A DNA stretch of 61,116 nucleotides from Nitrosopumilaceae archaeon (GCA_052390375.1 JBQTHA010000002.1:1-61116), one strand, 5' to 3'. Shown: positions 7,753 through 17,556, counted from the stretch's first letter. The notes: a model not told the origin generated them from the letters alone. Made by a program: numbers and translations.

Positions 7753-10700
7753 TTATTCTAAAGCAACGTAGGTAATTTGGTAGTAAAGTCTTGATACCTG
7801 CTCTTCTTTGAGTACTTCTACATGCCATGTTGAATCCGGAAGTGAAGCATCTAAAGCCGCTGGTAAAATTGTAAACTTTTCTAGCCTAACATCAGGTCCA
7901 CTATACCTAACATTGTAATCCATACCATCAATTTGGATTGTCTGGTAGATTGCACCCGGAACTCTAGTTGATTTTTGAATCATACAATTAGAATCTTGTC
8001 CTATTATGCATGTTCCATCCTCGATACTAACTTTGATGTTGACATTAGATTCTTCTCCCTTGGAGACAGTAAAGAGAGAACCTTGAATAACTCTTGGGGA
8101 TAATTCTTTTTCATTAATTATTTTTTTATTTACTGTAATTTGAATTTGAGATTCAGTGATCCGGTTCACCTTTTCAATTACTCTATCACCAAATATCTTT
8201 GATTCTGGCTCTGACTCAGGCTCTGGAATCTTTTCAACTAGTTGTATAGATTTGGTGAAAGTTCCAAATTCTGTATTAAAGGTGATTATGTAGGTACCTA
8301 GTTTAGCATTAGTTGGAAATGTATATTCATATACGAATGTTCCAGTAGGATCTTGCCTTAGAGTTGTAATTGGAACGCCTATTCCACATACAAATGCACC
8401 ACAGTTTAATTTAGTTTGGTCTTCTGTTGGAATTCCAACTTCAACAGTTTCTATGAATATCAATTTTGTAGGTCTTGCAGTAATGTGGGCAATGTCACCT
8501 GGATTATATTCTTCTTTGTCAGTACCTATCAAAAGCGAGAGCACTTCGTCCCCGCCAAAAATGAAATCATTGTCTACTTGGAAAAAGTTTTCAGCCCTAA
8601 TTCCTTGGTATAAAGCTGTTACCTTGTAGATGCCTTCTTTAAAGATGGTAACTGGCATATCAAAAATACTTTGAAAATTTCCTCCAGAGTCCAAGTATAC
8701 AGACGATTCAGTAATTATTTTATTTGAAGGAGATTTTATTGCAATATCTACTCTATCAGGTACAACAAGGCCTTGTGTACCTTGTACTCGTTTTAATGCA
8801 GTACCTAATATTGTTAGTTTTTGATTTTGAGCTACATTGTAAACTGGAAGTTCTGATGTTACAGTCAATGGCTCAATATTAAGAAAATCCTCACTTGGGT
8901 TAGGAGATACTTTGAAGAAAACAATTACAGGGGCGGTATCAGATTGAGAAACACTGATTTTGTACACTCCATAGTTACTTGAAAATCGGACTCGGTCATT
9001 TTGCACTGCGTTAGACTTTTCAGATAGGGGAGTAGTCCAAGTCCATGAAAATCTACCATTGTCAACTGTAGTACCAAACTTGTTTGTATCACCATCTGGT
9101 TTTGTAAGAAGGATTCCTACATCAGATTTACCTGCTCCTCCTCCTGGAACTAAAGCTGTGAGGTGAACATCTTCACCCAAGCCATAAACATCTTTGTCAA
9201 GAGTGATGATAGGTGCTTCTATATCCAATGGATCGATTACTGAGAAAGTTGCAGATTCTTGAAGAAGACCATCTGCATATGATGCTTTAACTATGTATCT
9301 TCCAGGTCCATAAATTGCATCGTAAATGGTGTCTTTAACTTGATAATTTCCTACTTGATCTGGAATCGCTTTCAGGGAATATTCAGCTGTAGCAGATTTG
9401 AATCCAGTAGGTTTTGATACAGAAGAAGTGATTTGGTTTCCTTCAGAATTTTTTATCACAATATCAATTATAGGAGTCTGATAAGTAGTACTAATTTTTG
9501 GATTATTTATTTTCCCAGAAATTATTATAGAGTCACCTATATCATATGTTGATTTATCGGTGGAAACAGTAAATGGTTTTGATGATTCAACAAACTCATC
9601 TGGATTTTCTACAACATGAAATACGACAGATTCTGCTCCAACCTCTTTAGAAACTGTAACCCTATAATCCCCATATCTAATAGGATTATTTGGAATTTGG
9701 AATTCGTATTTGAATGTGCTGTCACCTGCAAGCTTTACAGAATCTTGGATCTTTAGCCTATTGAGAGCATCTGTATGCAGAGAACCAAAACCTGTCTGAA
9801 GAATTTCAAGGTCTAATGAGAAAATCCAAATATTGTTTAATCTGCCTGAAATGATTATTGTATCTCCAAGCCCATATGCCTTTTTATCAGTAGTCAAAGA
9901 AATTACTTTATTCTCCTTGACATCTTCTGTTAGCTCAAAAGAGCTCACTGCGGAATATGTAGAATATTCTGCAACTATCTTATGAAATCCATAAACTGGT
10001 TGAACAGTAGTCATGAATATTGTAGTTGAGAACTTACCTTTTGTATCAGGATATAGAGTACCATCAAAAATTTGCTTCCCAGTGGGATTTGTTACTTTGA
10101 ATTTTAGACCCTCAAAGGGCACTATATTATTTGTATTAGCAATAATTGTTGCAGTTTCACCTGGAATGTATGATTCTTTATCAGTGGTGATACTAAGTTG
10201 GCTTTCTTCTCCTTCTTCACCTAGAATAATTTCATCACCAACTGTAAATTGTGTTGATGCTATTGCATCACCATATTCAACTACGACATAATAAACTCCT
10301 CCAGTGACTCCAAGGACTTTTTGTAGACTAAGAGTAGTTTGATATTTTAAATTGAGATCAGGAAATAGGCTGATACTTTTTTCATATCCATTAGAGCCAT
10401 AAATTTTTATCATAATTTGTGCAGTTTGGAAAAAAGGCTTCTCAACAAATAGTTTTTCTGAGACTTGGCCACTAATTATGGCAGTTTCTTGGAAATTATA
10501 ATTATTTTTATCAGTAGAAATTAAAATAGTTGCTTTGCCTGTTTCTGTTTCTGTTGTGAATTTACTATTGGTAGAGCCGGCATTTGAAAATTCAAATTTC
10601 CAATCACTTAAGGAATTTGTATCTACTCCGTCGTATGTTCTCTGCCAGGAAGTGAAATCATTTTTTAAATCAGAAATACTTGGAGTCTGGTCTATGACAA

Positions 10701-11055
10701 TTCCATCAGCATTACGTAATTGTACTGTTTCAGAAACATCTGTAAACCAAACACTTTGGTATGAATAAGTCAAAAATTTATTTGGCTCAAGAATTGTTCC
10801 TACAGGAATTTTCATAGTCTTTTTTAAAACAGTTGTCGAGGCAATAACCCATCCACCGATATCAATTCCGACATCAGTTGGATTATACAGCTCAACCCAT
10901 TCTGATACAGATTTTGAATCGTCTCCTGGAGGATTTATGTCAATTTCGTTTATTACAACATGATCTGCAAAAGACGGAGTTTGTCCCATGGCAGGAAATA
11001 TAGAGCCGCCTAATAGAAAAAATCCAAAGATTCCAATAACTAATGTAGATCTCAT
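7753..11055 (-). CDS. Large secreted protein: signal peptide, lamin-tail domain (LTD), about 7 tandem Ig-like repeats and a distinct C-terminal domain
   Basis: Signal peptide MRSTLVIGIFGFFLLGGSIFPAMG. LTD signature VVINEIDINPPGDDSKSVSEWVELYNPTDVGIDIGGWVI. A repeat-start motif [ST]TDKxxYxxG[DE]..I recurs about every 100-115 aa. Confidence 0.85.
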   Translation of the reverse strand: MRSTLVIGIFGFFLLGGSIFPAMGQTPSFADHVVINEIDINPPGDDSKSVSEWVELYNPTDVGIDIGGWVIASTTVLKKTMKIPVGTILEPNKFLTYSYQSVWFTDVSETVQLRNADGIVIDQTPSISDLKNDFTSWQRTYDGVDTNSLSDWKFEFSNAGSTNSKFTTETETGKATILISTDKNNYNFQETAIISGQVSEKLFVEKPFFQTAQIMIKIYGSNGYEKSISLFPDLNLKYQTTLSLQKVLGVTGGVYYVVVEYGDAIASTQFTVGDEIILGEEGEESQLSITTDKESYIPGETATIIANTNNIVPFEGLKFKVTNPTGKQIFDGTLYPDTKGKFSTTIFMTTVQPVYGFHKIVAEYSTYSAVSSFELTEDVKENKVISLTTDKKAYGLGDTIIISGRLNNIWIFSLDLEILQTGFGSLHTDALNRLKIQDSVKLAGDSTFKYEFQIPNNPIRYGDYRVTVSKEVGAESVVFHVVENPDEFVESSKPFTVSTDKSTYDIGDSIIISGKINNPKISTTYQTPIIDIVIKNSEGNQITSSVSKPTGFKSATAEYSLKAIPDQVGNYQVKDTIYDAIYGPGRYIVKASYADGLLQESATFSVIDPLDIEAPIITLDKDVYGLGEDVHLTALVPGGGAGKSDVGILLTKPDGDTNKFGTTVDNGRFSWTWTTPLSEKSNAVQNDRVRFSSNYGVYKISVSQSDTAPVIVFFKVSPNPSEDFLNIEPLTVTSELPVYNVAQNQKLTILGTALKRVQGTQGLVVPDRVDIAIKSPSNKIITESSVYLDSGGNFQSIFDMPVTIFKEGIYKVTALYQGIRAENFFQVDNDFIFGGDEVLSLLIGTDKEEYNPGDIAHITARPTKLIFIETVEVGIPTEDQTKLNCGAFVCGIGVPITTLRQDPTGTFVYEYTFPTNAKLGTYIITFNTEFGTFTKSIQLVEKIPEPESEPESKIFGDRVIEKVNRITESQIQITVNKKIINEKELSPRVIQGSLFTVSKGEESNVNIKVSIEDGTCIIGQDSNCMIQKSTRVPGAIYQTIQIDGMDYNVRYSGPDVRLEKFTILPAALDASLPDSTWHVEVLKEEQVSRLYYQITYVALE

Positions 11056-11218
11056 TTAATCACTCGCTAAATGCTTCTCGCTAAAAATGCAATTTTAGGT
11101 AAGAATTGAGTAAAAGTTGAGCTAGTTGTAAAAGTACAATATACCTGTGAGGCCATTCATGTATTTTCGACTCTATCTGTTATAAGGTCCACGAAGAATT
11201 TATTCTGAGTTCTATAGG

Positions 11219-11467
11219 TTATTTTTTAGGTATATCGCAGTTAGGACATTTTTTAGCAATAATTTTTTCTCCACATTCTGCACAAAAGCCTTCACCAATT
11301 TTTTGATCTAAGAACTTTTTCCTTCTACCAACAAATATCTTTATTCCAAAATAAATTGCGATTGATATTCCAACTGCCTCTACAAGGTTTAGCCCTATAC
11401 CGAGCAGCCCTAGCATAAAAAATAATATTCCAACAATTAAAATGATGTCTCTTTTTTCAAAACTCAA
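11219..11467 (-). CDS. Small membrane protein (2 TM) with a C-terminal CxxC..CxxC zinc ribbon
   Basis: IILIVGILFFMLGLLGIGL and GISIAIYFGIKIF helices, then CAECGEKIIAKKCPNC. Confidence 0.6.
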   Translation of the reverse strand: MSFEKRDIILIVGILFFMLGLLGIGLNLVEAVGISIAIYFGIKIFVGRRKKFLDQKIGEGFCAECGEKIIAKKCPNCDIPKK

Positions 11468-11663
11468 TTATATAGAATTATTTAGAATTTGATAAAAACG
11501 TATGCCAGAACTCAGCTCGTGAGACAAAATATTCCATCATCTTAAATCATTACTCTAACTCTTCTTCATTGCCTGGCAAGAATAATAAATCAAAGAAAGA
11601 TATGAATTCTCCTATATTTTTTGGAATTATTTTAGTACCAATAAAGAATCTAGAAAATAAAAG

Positions 11664-11737
11664 TGGGATTGACAGGATTTGAACCTGCGACCTCAGGTAC
11701 CCAAAACCCGAATCATACCAAGCTAGACCACAATCCC
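11664..11737 (-). tRNA. tRNA-Pro (anticodon UGG)
   Basis: Hand-folded cloverleaf. Acceptor GGGAUUG/CAAUCCC, anticodon stem CGGGU/ACCUG, loop UUUGGGU, T arm GCAGG-UUCAAAU-CCUGU, discriminator A; no encoded CCA. Confidence 0.92.
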
Positions 11738-11816
11738 TTTGAATTTCACGTATGTCTCCCCAATTTAAGCTTCACAGATGATACGATTTTAAATAACAAA
11801 CAAAACACCAAAACCG

Positions 11817-12710
11817 ATGCAGGAAGAAGATTATGTCAAATCTGGAAAAATTGCAGCAGAGGTCAGGGAAAATGTTAGGAAGAAAAACTGGATTGGGGTA
11901 ACACTTGAAGATATTTGTGAAGAAGTTGAGAACGAAATTTTAAAGCGAGGAGCTAAACTTGCTTTTCCTGTAAATACAAGCTTAAACGAAGTTGCTGCAC
12001 ATTATACAGCAGAACCTAATGATCAAAAAACTGTTACAGATACTGATTTGATAAAAATTGATCTTGGTGCTCAGATAAATGGATACATTGCAGATACAGC
12101 AGTTACAGTTTGTTACGATCCACAGTATGATAGCCTCATACAGGCAGCAGAAGATGCATTACAAAATGCGATTTCTATAATAAAAATTGGTGTCAAATCA
12201 AGCGATGTTGGAAGAACTATTGAAAAGACAGTCAAACAACTTGGTTTCAAACCAATTGCAAATCTAAGTGGGCATTCACTGGCACAGTATACTATTCATG
12301 CTGGAAAATCAATTCCAAATATTTGGTCTATAGGGTCATTTTCATTTAAGGGGGATGTGGCATACGCATGTGAGCCCTTTGTAACAACTGAGAAGGGCAT
12401 GGGCTTTGTACGAGAGGGCAAAATTAAGAACATTTTTGCATTAGGCTCAAGAAAACGAACAAAAAATGATGAGGCTGACAATCTCCAAGAATACATTTGG
12501 ACAAATTTCAATATGTTACCATTTGCGTTAAGGTGGCTAGTCAAAGATTGGGAGGAGAAAAAGGCAAGAGAACTTTTGGAGATACTAATAAAAAAGAAAG
12601 TGGTACATGCATATCCCATTTTAGTAGAGGCAAACGGTCAGAGAGTTGCCCAAGCAGAACACACATTCATCCCTACTGAGGACGGGGTGACAGTCACTAC
12701 TACGCTTTAA
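11817..12710 (+). CDS. map: Methionine aminopeptidase, type 2
   Basis: 297 aa with archaeal MetAP2-like sequence over its full length (..AFPVNTSLNEVAAHYT.., ..AQAEHTF..). Confidence 0.93.
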   Translation: MQEEDYVKSGKIAAEVRENVRKKNWIGVTLEDICEEVENEILKRGAKLAFPVNTSLNEVAAHYTAEPNDQKTVTDTDLIKIDLGAQINGYIADTAVTVCYDPQYDSLIQAAEDALQNAISIIKIGVKSSDVGRTIEKTVKQLGFKPIANLSGHSLAQYTIHAGKSIPNIWSIGSFSFKGDVAYACEPFVTTEKGMGFVREGKIKNIFALGSRKRTKNDEADNLQEYIWTNFNMLPFALRWLVKDWEEKKARELLEILIKKKVVHAYPILVEANGQRVAQAEHTFIPTEDGVTVTTTL

Positions 12711-12882
12711 TAACTTCACCAAAAATTTTTGTTATTCTTAATTGGCCTTTACAAGACACACATAGGGAAGTTTCCTTGAAAACATAATCCCCCACTACAA
12801 ATTTTCTTTTTGTATCCTTTTTACAAGATTCACACTGCTCAATTGTACAGGGATTCCTTTTTTCCTCTTTTTTTGAGAACAT
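12700..12882 (-). CDS. Small zinc-ribbon protein (60 aa), hypothetical
   Basis: CTIEQCESC ... CVSCKG. Its start codon overlaps the stop of the upstream gene by 1 nt at 12882, suggesting translational coupling. Confidence 0.55.
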   Translation of the reverse strand: MFSKKEEKRNPCTIEQCESCKKDTKRKFVVGDYVFKETSLCVSCKGQLRITKIFGEVIKA

Positions 12883-14003
12883 TATTGTGAGACTCCCAGA
12901 GTATTTCCAACTCCAACGACAAGAACTGTGTTTCCAGAACTTGTATTATCATTGATCATTTCATAAATCTGAGATCTAACTTCTTCTGCTCTGTCAGCTA
13001 TTTCTTTTGTCATTAGATTAATTGCCTCTTTAACAGATTGCTTTATTACAATTGCAAAAACTGGGATGTTGTGTCTTGTGGCTATCTCTTCTATTTGGAA
13101 TCTATCAGTACCAATTCCACCAATTGCTGCACCGAATCCTTGTGAAACTGATGCAGAGTCTTCACCTTCAAGCTTCAATGATGCATCAACCATGATTATT
13201 AAATCTGGTTTGTTTTGAGATACGATTGTTTCAATTGCTTCTCCTGGCCTACCTACAGTTGCTGATGGGCCTTCCGCCTTTATCAAAAAAAGTTTTCTTC
13301 CCTCATACTTTGTTTCACTCCAAACTGTTTCAAAAGATGCATTTTGCTTTTTTGTACCAAGCATCATTTTACCAACAACCATTGGTCCGATTCCATCACC
13401 GATAGGTTGGCCTTGTTTTAATGCTGGTACGGCTTCGTTTAATGCATTGGCTTCTTCCATGATAAAAGGCATCATCATTTGAAGTGGTAAAATAAGTGGG
13501 TAATTATTCTGTTTTTTTGCTGTCAGATATAGATGGTTAACAATTTTGTAGAGTAATTGAAGTGAAGTAACTATTTCTAGTAAGGTTTGCACTTTGGTTC
13601 TTTCCAAATCAGAAATCTCAGAAAACAGAGACTTGATTTGTGCTCTCGTATTGTCTTCTCTGGAACGAACTACATGCCTAACTTTGGGAATTATTCCACC
13701 TGGATCCATGTCGACTGGCATTATTGTAAAATAATCAATGAATCTGTCAAGTTTAGATGTGGGATCTTTTGTTGGATTTAAATTATTTTTAATGTAATTG
13801 ATTAATTCTTTTCTTGAATTTTCTTTGAATTGTTGAAGTTTAGTAATGTTTTTTTTGATTTCACTTGATGTTATCTGAAGCTGAATTCTTTGACCATAAA
13901 ATACAAAAATAATAATTGGTATTATCCATATCAACCATAAAACGGGATTAGTATCATCTCCAAATCCCATAAATTCTTCGAGATTAAAATTAGTAAAATT
14001 CAA
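12882..14003 (-). CDS. Archaeal membrane-anchored protein, DUF1512-like
   Basis: N-terminal TM helix (VLWLIWIIPIIIFVFYGQRIQ) plus an approximately 330-aa soluble domain. The family assignment is from memory of DUF1512 architecture, not verified. Confidence 0.55.
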   Translation of the reverse strand: MNFTNFNLEEFMGFGDDTNPVLWLIWIIPIIIFVFYGQRIQLQITSSEIKKNITKLQQFKENSRKELINYIKNNLNPTKDPTSKLDRFIDYFTIMPVDMDPGGIIPKVRHVVRSREDNTRAQIKSLFSEISDLERTKVQTLLEIVTSLQLLYKIVNHLYLTAKKQNNYPLILPLQMMMPFIMEEANALNEAVPALKQGQPIGDGIGPMVVGKMMLGTKKQNASFETVWSETKYEGRKLFLIKAEGPSATVGRPGEAIETIVSQNKPDLIIMVDASLKLEGEDSASVSQGFGAAIGGIGTDRFQIEEIATRHNIPVFAIVIKQSVKEAINLMTKEIADRAEEVRSQIYEMINDNTSSGNTVLVVGVGNTLGVSQ

Positions 14004-14113
14004 TAATCACAGCGATCTGCTTTTCTCAATTAAATCATTCGTTACTAAAATTCAAGCAAATCGGATAGGAATTTCAAAAATAATGTACTGCAAGGTAAAG
14101 AATTAGTGATTGC

Positions 14114-14123
14114 TTTTATTATA
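14114..14123 (+). promoter_or_regulatory. TATA-box candidate for tbp
   Basis: TTTTATTATA centred about 29 nt upstream of the ATG at 14148, consistent with a leaderless or short-leader archaeal promoter. Confidence 0.4.
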
Positions 14124-14147
14124 GTTCTGATACAAAAATCCTGTAAC

Positions 14148-14708
14148 ATGCCTCAAACAAAACCCATTGTAAGTATTGAAAATGTGGTAGCATCTGCTTC
14201 TGTAGATCAAAAGATGGACCTAAATGAAATTACTAGAAATTTTCCTGATGTGGAATATCATCCAGATCAATTTCCAGGATTAGTTTTTAGATTAAAAACT
14301 CCAAAGACTGCTACACTTATTTTTACATCTGGCAAGATGGTTTGTACTGGGGCAAAATCAGAAGAAATGTCAAGAAAGGCAGTAAAAACTGTAGTTCAAC
14401 GATTACGAAAGGGTGGAATTAAAGTAAAAAAAGAGGCCGAAGTTCAAATCCAAAATATTGTTGCATCGATAAATCTTGGTGGAAGAATTCATTTGGAGCA
14501 AGCTGCTAGAACTTTACCAAGGAGTATGTATGAGCCTGAACAATTTCCTGGCTTGATTCATAGAATGCTTGATCCTAAAACTGTAATTCTTCTTTTCTCA
14601 TCAGGAAAATTAGTATGTACAGGAGCAAAAAAAGAACCTGATGTTTACAGGTCAGTAAATAATCTACATGCCTTGCTAGAAGAAAAAAAACTCATGATTT
14701 ATGAGTAA
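14148..14708 (+). CDS. tbp: TATA-box binding protein
   Basis: Two direct TBP repeats (..ENVVASASV..FPGLVFRL..SGKMVCTGAKS.. and ..QNIVASINL..FPGLIHRM..SGKLVCTGAKK..). The ATG at 14148 is preferred over the GTG at 14106. Confidence 0.95.
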   Translation: MPQTKPIVSIENVVASASVDQKMDLNEITRNFPDVEYHPDQFPGLVFRLKTPKTATLIFTSGKMVCTGAKSEEMSRKAVKTVVQRLRKGGIKVKKEAEVQIQNIVASINLGGRIHLEQAARTLPRSMYEPEQFPGLIHRMLDPKTVILLFSSGKLVCTGAKKEPDVYRSVNNLHALLEEKKLMIYE

Positions 14709-14715
14709 TTTTTTT
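14709..14715 (+). terminator. Oligo-T terminator candidate after tbp
   Basis: T7 run immediately after the TAA stop; archaeal terminators are oligo-T tracts. Confidence 0.3.
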
Positions 14716-14786
14716 AAAATCAAAACATTATTAGAATAATTAGAATTAAAAGTAAAGTCGATATAGTATAAAAAACTGGATTAATT

Positions 14787-15488
14787 ATGAAAGTAAATAA
14801 AATTCAAGATTTTAAGCTCAAAAACATTATTCTAATTAGTTCATTACCAGATATGGGCAAAGTAGGTGGTTTAGTTACACAGCACCTAACAAAAAAGTTA
14901 GAAACTAAAAAATCTGCTCAAATAATTTTAGCAGATAAACCATGGGTAAACCTCAAGGATGGTTTAGTTGAACTCCCACAGGATGAATATACTTTAACAG
15001 TTGACGAAAAAAATTGTATTGTAGTTTTTACTGGTGAAAATCAACCACAAGAACCTAGAACAGTTTTTGAAATTGTAAACACAGTTCTTGATATTGTTAG
15101 TAAGATGGGAAACATAAAGATGCTTATTTCTGCAGGAGGATACTTACCAAGCGAAAGTGGAAAAGGAACTTTAGTTTACGGTGTTGCAACTAATTCTCAT
15201 TCAATAGATATCTTAAAGTCATATGATGTAAAACCTCTATCTCCCGAAGTTAAAAGTATAACATGGTTCAATGGAGTAATCTTAGGAATTGCTAAAAGCA
15301 GAAATATTGATGGGGTAGGTCTTTTTGGCGAAATTGTTGATGCAGAATCACCACAATACAAAGCTGCAAGTAATATCTTAAAAGTTATTGAAAAAATTCT
15401 ACGGATTAAAATCGATACTAATGAGCTTGATGAAAAAATTATAGAGCAACCAGTAGAGATAAAGAAAGAAGGTCCAGGTATCGGATAA
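14787..15488 (+). CDS. PAC2-family (proteasome assembly chaperone-like, COG1938) protein, paralog 1
   Basis: N-terminus ..ISSLPDMGKVGGLVTQHL.. and the approximately 233-aa size are typical of the PAC2 family. Confidence 0.6.
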   Translation: MKVNKIQDFKLKNIILISSLPDMGKVGGLVTQHLTKKLETKKSAQIILADKPWVNLKDGLVELPQDEYTLTVDEKNCIVVFTGENQPQEPRTVFEIVNTVLDIVSKMGNIKMLISAGGYLPSESGKGTLVYGVATNSHSIDILKSYDVKPLSPEVKSITWFNGVILGIAKSRNIDGVGLFGEIVDAESPQYKAASNILKVIEKILRIKIDTNELDEKIIEQPVEIKKEGPGIG

Positions 15489-15818
15489 TTATTTTATTTT
15501 TGTTCCAATTGGAACATCCTCATTAACTGTAAGCCAATAGGGTTTATCATTTACATCAGCTGCAAGTAACATTGCGTTTGATTCAATTCCTGCAAGTTTT
15601 TTTGGTTCAAGATTAGCAACAACAATTACTATTTTACCAATAAGTTCCTCAGGCTGATAAAATTCTGCGCCTCCAATTATTACATTTCTTTTTTCAGAAC
15701 CAAGATCAATCACTCCCTTAACAATCCTAGATTTGCCTGGGATTGCTTCAACAGATTCTATTTTAGCAACTCGAAGATCTAATTTTGTAAAATCTTCATA
15801 TGAGATTGACATAACCAT
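15489..15818 (-). CDS. tRNA-binding domain protein (CsaA/Trbp111/EMAP-II-like)
   Basis: F.KLDLRVAKI..VE..P..........IDLG...R.V..G....Y.PEEL.GK.V.VV.NL.P.K..G..S..MLLAA is the classic OB-fold tRNA-binding domain. Confidence 0.85.
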   Translation of the reverse strand: MVMSISYEDFTKLDLRVAKIESVEAIPGKSRIVKGVIDLGSEKRNVIIGGAEFYQPEELIGKIVIVVANLEPKKLAGIESNAMLLAADVNDKPYWLTVNEDVPIGTKIK

Positions 15819-15889
15819 TATTTTTCTGACCAGTTAAAATTAATTTCTAAAAATGAAGACTAATATTTCATTATTTTTGAAGTGTTATC

Positions 15890-16306
15890 ATGACTCAAAT
15901 CAAGGTTTCAACAAAAATCAGATCATCTATAGATAAAGTATGGAAAATTGTTTCAGACCTAGATAATGAAACAAAGTTCTGGAAGGGCACTAAAGAAATT
16001 CATAACATTTCCAAGGAAGGTAATAAAATCAAACGTGAAGTCATTATTGCGTTTAGAGATTCAAAGTGTTTACAGGAAGTTACACTTTACCCAAAAGAAA
16101 GGATTGAGGCCTTGTTCACTGAAGGCATCATCAAAGGAACAAAGACAATCAGTCTAAAACCGCTTGAAGATGAAGTATTACTTGAAGCAATATGGGACAT
16201 GAAACTATCCGGAATGATGGGAATGTTTACAGGGATGATTAAAAAACATGTTAAAAGTGGTACAGAGCAAGCTCTTCAGGCAATAAAAAAAGAAGCAGAG
16301 CAATAA
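15890..16306 (+). CDS. SRPBCC (START/polyketide cyclase-like) family protein
   Basis: 138 aa; the N-terminal pattern ..I.SSIDKVWKIVSDLDN..KFW is typical of SRPBCC proteins. Confidence 0.6.
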   Translation: MTQIKVSTKIRSSIDKVWKIVSDLDNETKFWKGTKEIHNISKEGNKIKREVIIAFRDSKCLQEVTLYPKERIEALFTEGIIKGTKTISLKPLEDEVLLEAIWDMKLSGMMGMFTGMIKKHVKSGTEQALQAIKKEAEQ

Positions 16307-16310
16307 CTAC

Positions 16311-17519
16311 ATGTACCCAATTGTAGAAATTATCAATTATATTTTTGCGGCAATTTTAATTGGAGTATCAGGAGCGTGGATTGTTTTAATAAAATCCATG
16401 TTAATTTCGTTTAGAGATACCCCGTATTTGGATAAGTTTGATTCAAAAGATCATATCAATCCAAAAGTTTCTGTCATAGTTCCTGCAAGAAATGAAGAAA
16501 AACTTATTTCAAAATGCCTTGATTCTTTGTTAAACCAAGATTATCAAAATTATGAGATTGTAGTAATAGATGACTCCTCAGAGGATTCGACAGGGCAAAT
16601 TATAAAAAAATACGCTGAGAAACATTCCAAAATAATTCATGTTAGTGCAAGACCAAAACCAGAAGATTGGATGGGAAAAAATTGGGCATGTATGGAAGGA
16701 TACAAAAAAGCAACGGGTGAGCTTTTGCTTTGTACTGATTCAGATACAAAATATTCTCAAAATGTAATATCACTTGCCGTAGCACATTTGGGATCAGCAA
16801 AGATTGATGCACTTACAGTAATTCCAAAAATGTTGTGTCTTGATAATTGGACGAAGATTACACTCCCAATGCTTTCGACTTTTTTGCATACACGTTTTTC
16901 AGCTATTAGGGTTAATGATCCTTCTAAAAAAACTGGTTACTTTTTTGGAAGTTTTTTCATTATCAAAAAGGTAGTATATGAAGCAATCGGAACACATGAA
17001 GGAGTAAAACATGAAATAATTGAAGATGGGGCTCTAGGAAAAAAGGTAAAAGAATCAGGATTCAAACTAAAGATGGTACGTGGAGAGCATCTATTGGAAG
17101 CCGTATGGGCTAGGAATTGGTCAACTCTTTGGAACGGTCTTAAGAGATTGATGGTTCCATTATATCTTCAAAATAATACCATAGCAATTGGAATTTTCTT
17201 TGCAGTCTTGTTCTTACTTTTTATGCCATTTCCCATTTTGTTTTACTCGATGGTTTTTTTTGATGGAGCAATTTCGTTTACTATATTGCTTATTTCTTCG
17301 ATATTGGCTTGTTGTCTTGTTTATTTTGCAGGTATAATAGATGCTACAAAAGGATTACAAATTAGGTGGATTTACTCGTTACTTGCTCCTGTTGGTAGCT
17401 TCATTGTTGTAGCTGGGTTTTTGATGGGTATGTTACAGGCAAAGAGTAAAACTGCAGTATCGTGGAGGGGCAGAAGCTATTCGATGAAAGAACACGTTAC
17501 GAATTCAATTAGTGTGTAG
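16311..17519 (+). CDS. Family 2 glycosyltransferase, membrane-integrated
   Basis: VSVIVPARNEE..CLDSLLNQDY.NYEIVVIDDSSEDST, a DSD motif, an N-terminal TM helix and about 4 C-terminal TM helices. Confidence 0.85.
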   Translation: MYPIVEIINYIFAAILIGVSGAWIVLIKSMLISFRDTPYLDKFDSKDHINPKVSVIVPARNEEKLISKCLDSLLNQDYQNYEIVVIDDSSEDSTGQIIKKYAEKHSKIIHVSARPKPEDWMGKNWACMEGYKKATGELLLCTDSDTKYSQNVISLAVAHLGSAKIDALTVIPKMLCLDNWTKITLPMLSTFLHTRFSAIRVNDPSKKTGYFFGSFFIIKKVVYEAIGTHEGVKHEIIEDGALGKKVKESGFKLKMVRGEHLLEAVWARNWSTLWNGLKRLMVPLYLQNNTIAIGIFFAVLFLLFMPFPILFYSMVFFDGAISFTILLISSILACCLVYFAGIIDATKGLQIRWIYSLLAPVGSFIVVAGFLMGMLQAKSKTAVSWRGRSYSMKEHVTNSISV

Positions 17520-17556
17520 TAAGGGTTATAGATAAAACCAAAGGTATTCTAATTCC

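Noticed and set aside
11490-11560. C/D-box-like AUGAUGG ... CUGA on the minus strand upstream of the TM/zinc-ribbon gene
   Set aside because: Only about 18 nt separate the boxes, there is no second box pair, and the last C-box base is wrong.
11663-11878. 71-aa plus-strand ORF in the track
   Set aside because: Its 5' part is simply the antisense of tRNA-Pro (11664..11737) and its 3' end overlaps the map gene start. The sequence has no coding-like features.
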